Source of the DNA: an uncultured Chloroflexia bacterium
GTDB taxonomy: Bacteria; Chloroflexota; Limnocylindria; Limnocylindrales; CSP1-4
DNA length: 64,000 nucleotides
Assembly (NCBI GenBank): GCA_963813335.1
Contig: CAWEYL010000004.1
Span: 93,252-157,251, forward strand
Direction of reading: 5' to 3'
Positions within the stretch are counted from its first letter, which is position 1; each line of letters opens with the position of its first letter. Positions 52,482-63,642 of this stretch are shown here, in pieces. The position numbers and the translations under genes were made by a program. The notes under the pieces are model-generated. The model did not search any database. It was not told where the DNA came from and saw only the letters and a program-made list of their open reading frames with translations.

Positions 52482-53503
52482 GGGAACCGGCCCGCCCACA
52501 GCAGCGACCCCAGCCCGCCGATCACCAGCAGCAGGACGCCGGCCCCGGCGAACAGCGAGGTCACCTCCATCGGCTCCGCGTGGATGACCAGCCGCTTCTC
52601 GACGTCGTCGTAGATGGCCGCGAGCCCGGCGGGGTCATCGGCCGTGTAGAACGTGCCATCGGTGCGCTCCGAGATGGCCCGGAGCGTGGTCTCGTCCATG
52701 GCCGTGTGGACCCGGAAGCCCTCGACCTCGAGCGTCGTCCCGGCCGCCGTCCCGACCCCGACGGTGTCGATCCGGACGCCGCGGTCGGCCGCCGCCGCCG
52801 CGGCCGTGAGCGGATCGGGGTTCGTGGTGTTCTCGCCGTCGGTGACCAGCACGATGATCGCGGGGGCATACGTGCCCTTCGGGATCGGGGTCGGCGCGGG
52901 CGTCGGTGCCGGCGAGGCGTTCGAGTAGTAGTCGGTCCTCGGCTTCGCGTCGGCGGTCTCGATGGTCTGGAGCGCGACCTCGATGCCGCTCGCCAGCGAG
53001 GTGCCGCGTTCCGGCCCGAGGCGGTCGATCGCGGCGACCACCTCGGCCTGCTCGCTGGTCGGCACCTGGACCGAGAACCCGCTGTCGCTGAAGGTGACGA
53101 CCCCGATCCGCACCGAGCTGGGCTGGCGCTCCACGAACGCCCGCGCCGCCGCCTTCGCCGCCTCCATCCGGGTGGGCGCGACGTCGGTCGCGGCCATGCT
53201 GCCGGAGACATCGAACGCGAGGATCACGGTGCCTTCGATCCGCGGCACCCCGACGACGCTCTGCGGCCGCGCCAGCGACGCGACCAGGATCGTGAATCCG
53301 GCGACCACGAGGACGGCCGGGAGCCGGCGCCGGATCCCGCGACGGACGGCAGGTGCGTCGGCCGGCGGGGCGCCGCCGCCGCCGCCCGAGACGCGGAACG
53401 AGGTCGCGCGCGCCCGCCGCCGTCGCTCGCGCACGAGGTACAGCGCGACCCCGACCGGGATCGTCAGGAGCAGCAGCAGCATCGCCGGCCAGATGAACGA
53501 CAT
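52478..53503 (-). CDS. VWA domain membrane protein (BatA/B-like)
   Basis: MSFIWP, ARPQ, FDVSGSM, VTDGEN, TVGVGT. Confidence 0.88.
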   Translation of the reverse strand: MSFIWPAMLLLLLTIPVGVALYLVRERRRRARATSFRVSGGGGGAPPADAPAVRRGIRRRLPAVLVVAGFTILVASLARPQSVVGVPRIEGTVILAFDVSGSMAATDVAPTRMEAAKAAARAFVERQPSSVRIGVVTFSDSGFSVQVPTSEQAEVVAAIDRLGPERGTSLASGIEVALQTIETADAKPRTDYYSNASPAPTPAPTPIPKGTYAPAIIVLVTDGENTTNPDPLTAAAAAADRGVRIDTVGVGTAAGTTLEVEGFRVHTAMDETTLRAISERTDGTFYTADDPAGLAAIYDDVEKRLVIHAEPMEVTSLFAGAGVLLLVIGGLGSLLWAGRFP

Positions 53504-53506
53504 CGC

Positions 53507-54407
53507 CTACGCCCGCCGACGCTGTCGCTGGGCCGCCATCCGGACGATCGCGCTGACCAGGTCCTCGTCGGTCGACATCGAGACCGCGTCCACGCCAGCC
53601 CGCTTGAACGCGTCACGCAACGTGATCTCGCGCTGCTCCGCCGCCTCGCGGAACCGCTTCCGGAAGCCCTGGTCGTGGGTGTCGACGTAGAGCTGCTCGC
53701 CGGTCTCGGCATCCTCCATGAGCAGCGCCCCGACATCGGGGAGCTCCACCTCGCGCCGGTCGAAGAGCCGGACCGCGAGCACCTCGTGGCGCTGGGTCAG
53801 GAGGTTCAGCGGCCGCTCCCAGCCGGGGGCGCTGATGAAGTCCGAGATCGACGAACACGAGCGCGCGGCCCTTGATGGTCCGGTGTCCCGCTTGCAGGAG
53901 CGGCCCCAGGTCCGTGAACGGCGCGCCGCTCTGCCTCGGGTGGTGGAGCAGGTCGTTGACCAGCCGCAGGACCTGGACACGGCCGCCGCGGGCCGGGATG
54001 GTCCGCTCGACCTGGCTGCCGTAGAAGACCGCGCCGACGCGGTTCCCGTGGCGGGTCAGGAGGCGCGCCAGTGTCGTCACGAAGTCGATGAGGACGCTGC
54101 GCTTGAGCCGCTCGGACTCGGTCGTGCCGAAGTCCACGGACGGGCTCAGGTCGAGCAGGAACCACGCGGTGATCTCGCGGTCCTCGAGGTACTCGCGGAT
54201 GTACGGCGCGTCCATGCGCGCCGTGACGTTCCAGTCGATGTAGCGGATGTCGTCGCCGAACTGGTATTCGCGCAGGTCGGCGAAGTCGACGCCGTTCCCG
54301 CGGAACAGGCTTCGGTAGTCGCCCTGGAGCAGGCCGTCCAGACGGCGGATGACCTGCCAGTCGAGCCGCTGGAGGATGCGCTCAGGCGCTGACGCGGACG
54401 CCGTCAT
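53507..54407 (-). CDS. DUF58 domain protein (frameshift near 53850)
   Basis: G.DFADLREYQFGDDIRYIDWNVTAR, LDLSPSV.FG, ISDF. Confidence 0.9.
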
Positions 54408-55419
54408 GGTCACGCAACGGGACGACCGGAACGGGGATCCGGGCGAGGATGGTCCGCAGGATCCAGTCGCTCGACACGTCGTCCGAGAGCGCCTCGAACG
54501 AGAGCACCAGCCGATGGCGGATGACGTCGAGCGCCATGTCGAGCACGTCCTCGGGAAGCGCGTAGTCGCGGCCGCGGACGTAGGCCAGCGCGCGGGCGGT
54601 CAGGATCAGGTTGATCGAGGCGCGCGGGCTGGCCCCGAACGTGATGTAGCGGTTCAGCTCCTGCAGCCCGTGCTTCTCGGGGTTGCGCGTCGCGGTCGCC
54701 AGGCGGACGGCGTACTCGTAGAGCGCGGGGTCCACATAGACGCGGTCCGCGGCCCGCTGCATCTCGAGCAGCGCGTCGGTGGTCAGGATCGGCTGGGCGG
54801 TCGGGACGTCGCCGGTCATCCGCTCGACGATCACGAACTCCTCGGACGGGCTGGGATAGCCCACGAGGACCTTCATCATGAACCGGTCGACCTGCGCCTC
54901 CGGGAGCGCATAGGTGCCCTCGGTCTCGATCGGGTTCTGCGTCGCCAGCACGAGGAACGGGTCCGGGACCTTGAACGACTCGCGGCCGATCGTGACCTGG
55001 CGCTCCTGCATCACCTCGAGGAGCGCGCTCTGGACCTTGGCCGGGGCGCGGTTGATCTCGTCGGCGAGGAGCAGGTTGGTGAAGACCGGCCCGAGCGTCG
55101 TGCCGAACTCGCCGGTCTTCTGGTTGTAGATGCGGGTGCCGACCAGGTCGGCCGGGACGAGGTCGGGCGTGAACTGGATCCGCTGGAACTGACCGCCGAT
55201 CGCGTCCGCGACCGTCCGGATCGCCATCGTCTTGGCGAGGCCCGGGACGCCCTCGACCAGGATGTGGCCGCGGGCCAGCAGCGCGACGATCAGCCGCTCG
55301 AGCAGGTGGTCCTGCCCCACGATGACCTTCTTGACCTCGTAGAGGAGCCGCTCCATCGGGACGGCGCGCTCCTGGCTGGTCGACTGGTCCAACTTCGGTC
55401 CTCCTGGCGGGTCGCTCAA
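54382..55419 (-). CDS. MoxR family AAA+ ATPase
   Basis: IVGQ, EGVPGLAKT, RIQFTPDLVPAD, LADEINRAPAKVQSALLE, ATQNPIE.EGTY.LPEAQ.DRF, GASPR. Confidence 0.93.
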   Translation of the reverse strand: MSDPPGGPKLDQSTSQERAVPMERLLYEVKKVIVGQDHLLERLIVALLARGHILVEGVPGLAKTMAIRTVADAIGGQFQRIQFTPDLVPADLVGTRIYNQKTGEFGTTLGPVFTNLLLADEINRAPAKVQSALLEVMQERQVTIGRESFKVPDPFLVLATQNPIETEGTYALPEAQVDRFMMKVLVGYPSPSEEFVIVERMTGDVPTAQPILTTDALLEMQRAADRVYVDPALYEYAVRLATATRNPEKHGLQELNRYITFGASPRASINLILTARALAYVRGRDYALPEDVLDMALDVIRHRLVLSFEALSDDVSSDWILRTILARIPVPVVPLRDHDGVRVSA

Positions 55420-56297
55420 TACGGCGGGAGGCCGGCGGCGCCGCCGGCGACGTCGATGGGCACGGCAAGGCCGATCCCGATGAAGACGTCCTCCTTGGTG
55501 GGATTGACGAGCGCGGTGACGATGCCGATCACCCGGCCGTCGCGGTCGGTGAGGGCGCCGCCCGAGTTGCCCGGGTTCACGGCCGCGTCGATCTGGAACA
55601 GGCCGGTCAGCAGCGGGCCGCCATCCGGCATCTGGAACGAGCGGTCCAGCGCGGAGATGACGCCCGTCGTGATCGAGCCGTACAGCCCGAACGGGCTGCC
55701 CATCGCGTAGGCCTCGCTGCCAGGGCGGACCGCGCGCGGGTCGCCGATGGTCGCCGGGACCAGGGTCGCCGGCGGCGTCGTCGCGTGGATGACCGCGATG
55801 TCGAGCTCGGGCTGCTCGCTGACGATCTCGGCCGCGGACTTGCTGCCGTCGGCGAATGTCAGCTCGATGGACGAGGCGCCGTGGATGACATGGCGGCTCG
55901 TGAGGATGTCGCCTCCCTCGTTGACGACCACGCCGCTGCCGAGGCCGCCGCTCTCGTCGTTCGTGGCGCCCTTCGGGGCCGCGCCCTTCGTCTGGATGAG
56001 CACCAGCGAGGGCTGGACCGCCTGGTAGACCGACTGGGAGAAGGCCGGTGGCGGCGTGACCGAGGCGAGCGCGCTCGCGATGCTGTCCTTCACGTCCTGC
56101 GCCGTCAGCGGCGGCGTGCCAGGGGCGAGGACGCCGTACAGGACGACCGCGGCCAGCGCGACGGCGGCTCCTGCGGCAAAGGGTCCGATGCGGGCTCGAC
56201 CACCGAGGCGCGCCGGACCGGCTCGCGGGCCCGCGTCCGTCGGGCTCGACGGGAGAGGCGTCTGTGGGTCTGGTCGAGGAGGGAGTGCCCCTGCCAT
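55416..56297 (-). CDS. S1C/HtrA-type serine protease, membrane-anchored, no PDZ
   Basis: GSGVV, TSRHV, DIAV, IDAAVNPGNSGG, GLAVPI near C-terminus. Confidence 0.87.
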   Translation of the reverse strand: MAGALPPRPDPQTPLPSSPTDAGPRAGPARLGGRARIGPFAAGAAVALAAVVLYGVLAPGTPPLTAQDVKDSIASALASVTPPPAFSQSVYQAVQPSLVLIQTKGAAPKGATNDESGGLGSGVVVNEGGDILTSRHVIHGASSIELTFADGSKSAAEIVSEQPELDIAVIHATTPPATLVPATIGDPRAVRPGSEAYAMGSPFGLYGSITTGVISALDRSFQMPDGGPLLTGLFQIDAAVNPGNSGGALTDRDGRVIGIVTALVNPTKEDVFIGIGLAVPIDVAGGAAGLPPY

Positions 56298-56377
56298 CGC
56301 ACGGCCTCGGTGAGGTGGGCCGTGAAGTCTACCGCCGTATCCCGGACAGGGCGCCCGTGGCTGCCGGCGCCCGAAGC

Positions 56378-58543
56378 TCAGCCGCTGACGTCCTCGGGCG
56401 GGAGCGGCGTGACGACCGTCGGGTCGTCCGGAACGGGACCGGCGGCCGCGGCCCGGCGACGACTGCCGCGCCGCCGGCGCCAGACGAGGACGGCCACGAG
56501 CAGCAGCAATGCGACGACGACCCCGGTGACCCCGCCGACGCGCGTCGTCCCGTTCGGCGACGCAGACGCCAGGACCGTGTCGAGCTCGGCGATCCTCGCG
56601 GTCGCCCCGTCGAGATCGTCGGCATCGACGGCCTGCTGCGCCGCGTCGGCGATCCCGACCGGGTCGGTCCCCATCAGGCCGACCTGCTCGATCGGGCCGA
56701 CCTCGGCATGGGCTCGGGCCTGCGCCTCGGCCACCGCGGCGGTCGCTGCCTTGACCGAGGCGAGCCGGGTGTCGGCCTCGGCATGGACCTTTCGCAGCCC
56801 TTCGATCGATGTCGCGGTCGCGACATCGGCCGCGAACGGGCTGTCGGCCACGGACGCGACGGGCAGCACGTCCTCGATCTCGGTCGCCGTCGCCATGACC
56901 GCCTCGGCCTCGGTCATCAGCGCCTCGGCGTCAGCGAACTTCCAGTCGCGCATGTCGATGAGGACGCCCGCCGGCACCGCCCAGTCGCCCGAGGCGTCCG
57001 CGACGGCGTGGCGCACCGCGGCGAGGTGGGTGCGGGCGTCCGCTCGGCCCTCGAGCTTGACGTCTGTGGCGATCCCGTTGGCCTTGAGCAGGTCGGCGAT
57101 CGCGGTCGTGTCGTCGACGCCGGCCGGCAGCGACCCGCGCTCGTCGACCGCGTCCAGCCACTGCCGCCAATCGACCCTGCCGCCGATCCGGGCGTCCTTC
57201 GTGCCCGGGTACGCGGCTTCCTCGGACAGCAGGACCCCCAGCACGTCGCGCATCCGGTCGGTGCCGATCTTGCGGACCGTGTCGGTGACGATCTTGCAGG
57301 CGGCCTCGTACTCGTAGTCGACGATGTCGAGCTGCTCCTGGGTCGCCCGCGGATCGGCAAACCGCCAGAGCTCGAGATCCGGCTTGCCCGTGCCCGGATA
57401 GGCGCCTGGGACGCAGTCGGTCGTGTTCGTGCCGACGGCGCGTTCGGCCCAGCTCGCGTAGCCCTCGGACAGCCAGCGCGCCGCGAAGAGGTCGTCGTTG
57501 AACCAGACGTGGGAGAGCTCGTGGGCCACCGTGCCGGCCTGCGTGTAGTCCTCGGACACGGTCGCCAGGCGGGCGTCCTTGTCGTACGCGCCGATGTAGG
57601 CGTCGCCGAGCTCGCCGCCGGAGACTTCGTCGATCCGCACGGGTCCGTTCCCGGGCAACGGCTGGCCGATCAGGTCTTCGAGCGCCGAGATCGAGCCGGC
57701 CGCCTCGTCGTGGACAGCGGTCATCCACGCCTTGTCGCCGGGCCAGCCCTCGATCTCGATCGGGCGTCCGTCGTCGGACGTCACGGATGCGTGGACCCGC
57801 CCTGCGTCGTTGGTGGCGTTGATCCCGACGTACCACGCGCCCGGATCCACGACCTTGCCCGATGTGTACACGCGGTAGCCGCCGCGATCGGAGCTGTAGC
57901 TGATCGGCCCGCCGTCCGTGGTGGTGTCGAATGCGGTCGGGACGAGCACCTTCACCGACGAGTCGTCCGAGTACTGGGCGATCCCGTAGAAGCTCAGGTA
58001 CGCCCCGTTGATACGGGTCGAGTCGGCCGAGCGCGGCGGCTTGCCGGGGAGTCGATAGGTCACCGTGATCGTCCGCGACTGGCCGTTGAAGGTCTTGGGG
58101 ATGCCGATCAGCCAGGTCTGGTAGTCGGCGTTCTTCTTTCCCTTCTTGAGCGTGGCCGTGCCGCCGGTCACCTTGGCCTGGACGTTGGTGGCGCCCGCCT
58201 CGGTCACGACGGACCATTGGTAGTAGTAGTACCGGGTCGTCGTGTGGCAGGTCCGCTTGATCTCGTACGGCCCGTAGTACGGGTCGACGCCGCGGATGCT
58301 GCAGTCGTAGGCGGTGGAGGAGCTCGGCGTGTGGTTCGTGATCTTCTGGACCACGGTGACGGCCACGTAGCCCTTGCCCGGGACGACCTGGTAGGTCGTG
58401 GCGGCCGAGGACGTGACCCGCGAGTCGCCGTCGTCGACGGCGAAGGTGGGTGTCGGGGCGAGGAATGCCGGCCCGATGGTGGCCAGCAGGAATGCCGCGG
58501 CCCCGATCCACGGTAGGCGGCGGACCGAGGCCTGCAGTCGCAT
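56378..58543 (-). CDS. Secreted, C-terminally anchored gluzincin-type (M1/MA-like) metallopeptidase domain protein
   Basis: Signal peptide, VAHELSHVWF…WLSEGYA (HExxH+E), Ala-rich helical stalk, TM + RRRR. Confidence 0.7.
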   Translation of the reverse strand: MRLQASVRRLPWIGAAAFLLATIGPAFLAPTPTFAVDDGDSRVTSSAATTYQVVPGKGYVAVTVVQKITNHTPSSSTAYDCSIRGVDPYYGPYEIKRTCHTTTRYYYYQWSVVTEAGATNVQAKVTGGTATLKKGKKNADYQTWLIGIPKTFNGQSRTITVTYRLPGKPPRSADSTRINGAYLSFYGIAQYSDDSSVKVLVPTAFDTTTDGGPISYSSDRGGYRVYTSGKVVDPGAWYVGINATNDAGRVHASVTSDDGRPIEIEGWPGDKAWMTAVHDEAAGSISALEDLIGQPLPGNGPVRIDEVSGGELGDAYIGAYDKDARLATVSEDYTQAGTVAHELSHVWFNDDLFAARWLSEGYASWAERAVGTNTTDCVPGAYPGTGKPDLELWRFADPRATQEQLDIVDYEYEAACKIVTDTVRKIGTDRMRDVLGVLLSEEAAYPGTKDARIGGRVDWRQWLDAVDERGSLPAGVDDTTAIADLLKANGIATDVKLEGRADARTHLAAVRHAVADASGDWAVPAGVLIDMRDWKFADAEALMTEAEAVMATATEIEDVLPVASVADSPFAADVATATSIEGLRKVHAEADTRLASVKAATAAVAEAQARAHAEVGPIEQVGLMGTDPVGIADAAQQAVDADDLDGATARIAELDTVLASASPNGTTRVGGVTGVVVALLLLVAVLVWRRRRGSRRRAAAAGPVPDDPTVVTPLPPEDVSG

Positions 58544-58642
58544 CCGGCTCTCTCTTCCCCTCGAGTCGTTGCGCGGCATCTTGCGGCCCCGATCCTGAGA
58601 ACGCAATGGGTCTTCTGGGACGGCGCGATCCGTCCAAGCGGT

Positions 58643-58810
58643 TATGCACGATCGCCGGCCCGAGGTGCTCTCCGAATCGGTATGCACCTCGGCTGCATAC
58701 CCTCGGCGTAGGGCCACCCCGCCCCCACAGATATGCAGCCGAGGGTGCATCGTGATGCAGCCGAGGTGCATCACGTTTTGGCAAGCATCCCCGGCCGGCA
58801 TTCGTGCATA
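58643..58810. repeat. Inverted-repeat element copy 2 (TATGCAC-N31-palindrome arms)
   Basis: TATGCACGA 58643, TATGCACCTCGGCTGCATA 58681-58699; inverted palindromes 58732-58750 and 58755-58771; TCGTGCATA 58802-58810. Confidence 0.85.
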
Positions 58811-58868
58811 TCCCGCGAGTGAGCCCGACGCGCGACGCACCTGCGGCGCACCCCGCTACCCTTCCCCC

Positions 58869-60548
<1,680 letters not shown>

Positions 60549-60568
60549 GGACGGCGCGGCGGCTCGCG

Positions 60569-61076
60569 TCAGCCGTGCGCCAGCTCGACGCCCTTCGTGA
60601 GGCCCAGCGCCTCGCCGTAGTCCCACACGTCGATGAGCGGCGGGCGTGATGCCCAGGCTCGTCAGCGCCGTGCAGACCTGGCTGCGGTGGTCGGTGCCGT
60701 GGTGGACGACCTGCGCGAGGCGGATGCCCGTCGGCGCATGGAAGTCCCAGCCCTCGCCGTGCTCGACGACGTCCTCGTCGGGGTCGAGGCCGCGCGCGAG
60801 CAGCTCCACCCAGAGCGCGCCGTTGGCGGTGTTCGCCGCCCGCAGTTCGGCGACCGACACGCTGCCGTCCTCCTCGACCCGGACCGGCGAGTCGTGGAAG
60901 AACGAGAGGTACCAGCCGTCGCTCGAGATCAGGTGGCCCAGCGTCATGATGATCGGGCCATAGGTGCCCGGGGCCGGCGTCGCGAGCTGTTCCGGCGAGA
61001 GGTCCGCGCAGGCGGCCAGCAGGCGCTCGTTCGCCCAGAAGTGATGGGCGAACGCGGTGTCGAGCATCGAGGTCAT
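60569..61076 (-). CDS. DinB family protein (frameshift near 60645)
   Basis: HHFWANERL, TLGHL, QVVHHGTDHRSQ, IDVW. Confidence 0.87.
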
Positions 61077-61789
61077 CGGGTCCCTCCAGCGGTGGTGGCG
61101 ACGTCGCCGATGATGGTGGCGAGTTCGGCCGGCTTCGACCACATCGGCCAGTGGCTGGTCGGCAGGTCGACCCAGGTGATGTCGCGCAGGTCGCCGATGC
61201 CGGCGAGGAACGCCCATTCCGGGTGCTCCGCCGCGTACTTCTGGTAGTCGGCGGCCGAGTAGCCGGTCGCGATGATCGTCGAGGGGATGTCGCGGCGGGC
61301 CTCGTTCACGAACTCGTGGCTCCCGCGCAGGACGCCCCCGGGCTCGCCGACGCCGCGCCGCGCGAACTCGGCGATCTGCGCCTCGCTGATGCCGTCGAAG
61401 TTCTCCTCGGCCTGGAGCTCCTCGATCGACATCGGCTTCTCGTCGCCCTCGAACTCCTCGGCCAGGGCGCCCTTCCCGGGCGCCGTGTCGACGTAGACCA
61501 TCGCGGCGATCCGCTCGGGGACGACATCGCTGGCGGCGTAGCCCGTGAAGCCGGTGCCGCTGTGGACGGCGAGCACGACCGGGGTCTCGGCCGCGCGGAC
61601 CGCGTCCACGATCGCGTCGACGTGGTCGGCGAAGGTGATCGTCGAGCGGTCGGCGTCGGCGGACTCGAGGCCCGGCAGCGTCAGGGCGGTCACGTCGTGG
61701 CCGTCGGCCCGCAGCATGGCGGCCACCTCGTCCCAGGCCCATGCCCCCAGCCAGAACCCGGGGACCAGGATGATCGGTGCGGCGGTCAT
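61073..61789 (-). CDS. Alpha/beta fold hydrolase
   Basis: LVPGFWLGAWAW, AVHSG nucleophile elbow, VYVD, LPTSHWPMWS. Confidence 0.85.
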   Translation of the reverse strand: MTAAPIILVPGFWLGAWAWDEVAAMLRADGHDVTALTLPGLESADADRSTITFADHVDAIVDAVRAAETPVVLAVHSGTGFTGYAASDVVPERIAAMVYVDTAPGKGALAEEFEGDEKPMSIEELQAEENFDGISEAQIAEFARRGVGEPGGVLRGSHEFVNEARRDIPSTIIATGYSAADYQKYAAEHPEWAFLAGIGDLRDITWVDLPTSHWPMWSKPAELATIIGDVATTAGGTR

Positions 61790-62432
61790 GGGCGTGCGTC
61801 CTCCTGCGGTGGTGGTCGAACTCGATGCGCATCACGACGCGTCGCAGCGTCGGGTGGGCGACCTCGGTCATGCCGGCGTCGGCGAAGATGTTGCGGGTGC
61901 CCACGTGGGTCTCGCCCCAGGTGATCTCGACGCCGGGCTGGGTGATCATCGGGTAGGCCTCGAGCGCGCGGGCACCCCGCTCGCGGGCGAAGTCCACGGC
62001 GGCTTTCGCGAGGACCCGCGTGTAGCCGCGGCGCCGGTAGCCGGCGCGGATCGCGAAGCAGGTCACCGCCCAGACGGTCGGGTCGTCCTTGCGCTCGCCG
62101 CGCTCCTTCCACGCCACGCGGGCGGGCGGCATCGCCGGGTACGCGGTCCGCGGCTCGACCGCGCACCAGCCCACCGGTTCGCTGCCGAGATACGCGACCA
62201 GGCCGCTCGTCGTCGGCGAGCTCGGGAAGTCGCAGTGGGTCTGGGCGCGCAGGCGCTCGACGCGGGCGGGGACATCGCCCAGCCGCCACGGGTACGGCCC
62301 CACCTTGAAGCGCTGGCACTGGCAGGTGGCGGTGTAGCCGCGGACGCCGAAGATCGCGAACAGGTCCTCCCAGGAGGCCTGGTTCGCGGGCACGACGGTC
62401 ACCGGGGCGGCGTCGGGCATCGGTCGCTCCAT
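61786..62432 (-). CDS. GNAT family N-acetyltransferase (3' end disturbed by a probable indel near 61818)
   Basis: PANQASWEDL, CQCQ, VGWCAVEPR, WAVTCF…YRRRG, LEAYP, RRVVMRIEF. Confidence 0.85.
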
Positions 62433-62456
62433 CGGCTCCATCATGCCGTGTCGACA

Positions 62457-62471
62457 TGACAGGGAATGTCA
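62457..62471. promoter_or_regulatory. TGACA-N5-TGTCA palindromic operator
   Basis: tgacagggaatgtca just upstream of the CATGAT -10 box of the GNAT-hydrolase-DinB operon. Confidence 0.6.
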
Positions 62472-62490
62472 GGTATCGGCGCCGGACATG

Positions 62491-63642
62491 TCAGCGACCG
62501 AGCAACCGCACCTCGCCCGCGGGGAGCTTGTCCCACCAGTGGGCGAACCGGCCGTGGTAGATCAGCGGCTCGCGCTCGGCCAGGAAGGCGTGCATGCCGC
62601 GCGCCTCGGTCTCGAGGCCGGCCCACGCATCGTCGTCGAGCGGGCGGAACGCGGTGGCCTCGATCCCGCCATCCCTCGGGCGCCAGACCCCGGCGACGTA
62701 CCCGTCGACCAGGAGCGTCGGCAGCACGTCGCCGTTCTGGCGGATGACGAGCTTACGGATCTCGGGCGGGATGATCCGGCTCCGATCGTCGTACGCGAGC
62801 AGCGTTTCCTCCCACATCGGGAGGAGGCGTGGCGGCGCCGGCGTGTCCTCGGGCGGGAGGAGGCCGCCGGGGATGTCGTAGAGCATCGAGCCGTTCGGGC
62901 CGTCGAGAAGGACGGCCTCGCCACCCTCGACGAGCCGATCGAGCGCGGCGCGCGCCCGCGGCCGATAGACGTGCGCGAACGCTGCGAGGTCCGGCATCGA
63001 CGCCGGGCCGAAGCCTTCCAGGTAGCGGCGCGCCAGGTGGCGCATCGAGAGCTCCACGTCGCCAGAGCGAGGCGGGTCGCCGCCATCGGGACCCGCGAGA
63101 TAGCGGCGCGTCCGTTCGAACGACCACGGCCCGCCGGTCGGGGCATGGAGCAGCGGCGCGTAGGTGCGCAGCGCCCACAAGACGGGCTTGCCCGGTCGCG
63201 GGGCGAGGCGCTCATCGAGCCACGCCTCGATCTCCGGGCCGGTCCTCGGCTCCGCGGCGAAGGCGAGGAGCTCATCGAGCAGGGCGTCCGCCTCGTCGGG
63301 GGTCACGCCCGCGACCGTGAACCGCGTGTCGCCAAGCCGCGACGCGCGCAGGCCCTCCGTCATCGCCTCGTGAAAGGCCGGGTAGTCACGGGCGTCCAGC
63401 ACGTGGATCGTCATGCGCAGGCTCGTGGCCTTGATGACGCTCCCGTCGGCGAAGGCGCGGTCGAGGTCGGCCGGGTCGAAGTCGACGAGCCGATCCCACA
63501 GCGCGACGTAGATCGACGGCGGCTCCTGGCCCTGGATGGCGACGACGCGACGGACGGCGTCGACCACGTCGAGCGGCTCGCGAGCGAGCAGCATCTGACG
63601 GCCGAGCGTGGCGCGATTCAGCTGGCGCGGGTTCAGGGGCAT
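62491..63642 (-). CDS. Winged-helix (HTH_42) AlkZ/YcaQ-like DNA glycosylase
   Basis: LNRATLGRQMLL.R, QGQ (QxQ), RMTIH, RYL.GFGPA, RLLP, LVDG.VAGVW. Confidence 0.88.
   Translation of the reverse strand: MPLNPRQLNRATLGRQMLLAREPLDVVDAVRRVVAIQGQEPPSIYVALWDRLVDFDPADLDRAFADGSVIKATSLRMTIHVLDARDYPAFHEAMTEGLRASRLGDTRFTVAGVTPDEADALLDELLAFAAEPRTGPEIEAWLDERLAPRPGKPVLWALRTYAPLLHAPTGGPWSFERTRRYLAGPDGGDPPRSGDVELSMRHLARRYLEGFGPASMPDLAAFAHVYRPRARAALDRLVEGGEAVLLDGPNGSMLYDIPGGLLPPEDTPAPPRLLPMWEETLLAYDDRSRIIPPEIRKLVIRQNGDVLPTLLVDGYVAGVWRPRDGGIEATAFRPLDDDAWAGLETEARGMHAFLAEREPLIYHGRFAHWWDKLPAGEVRLLGR

Noticed and set aside
49055-58810. TATGCAC repeats as a CRISPR or TIGR-type array
   Set aside because: Only one repeat-spacer period per arm, arms are inverted, and no cas or Nop-domain gene is nearby
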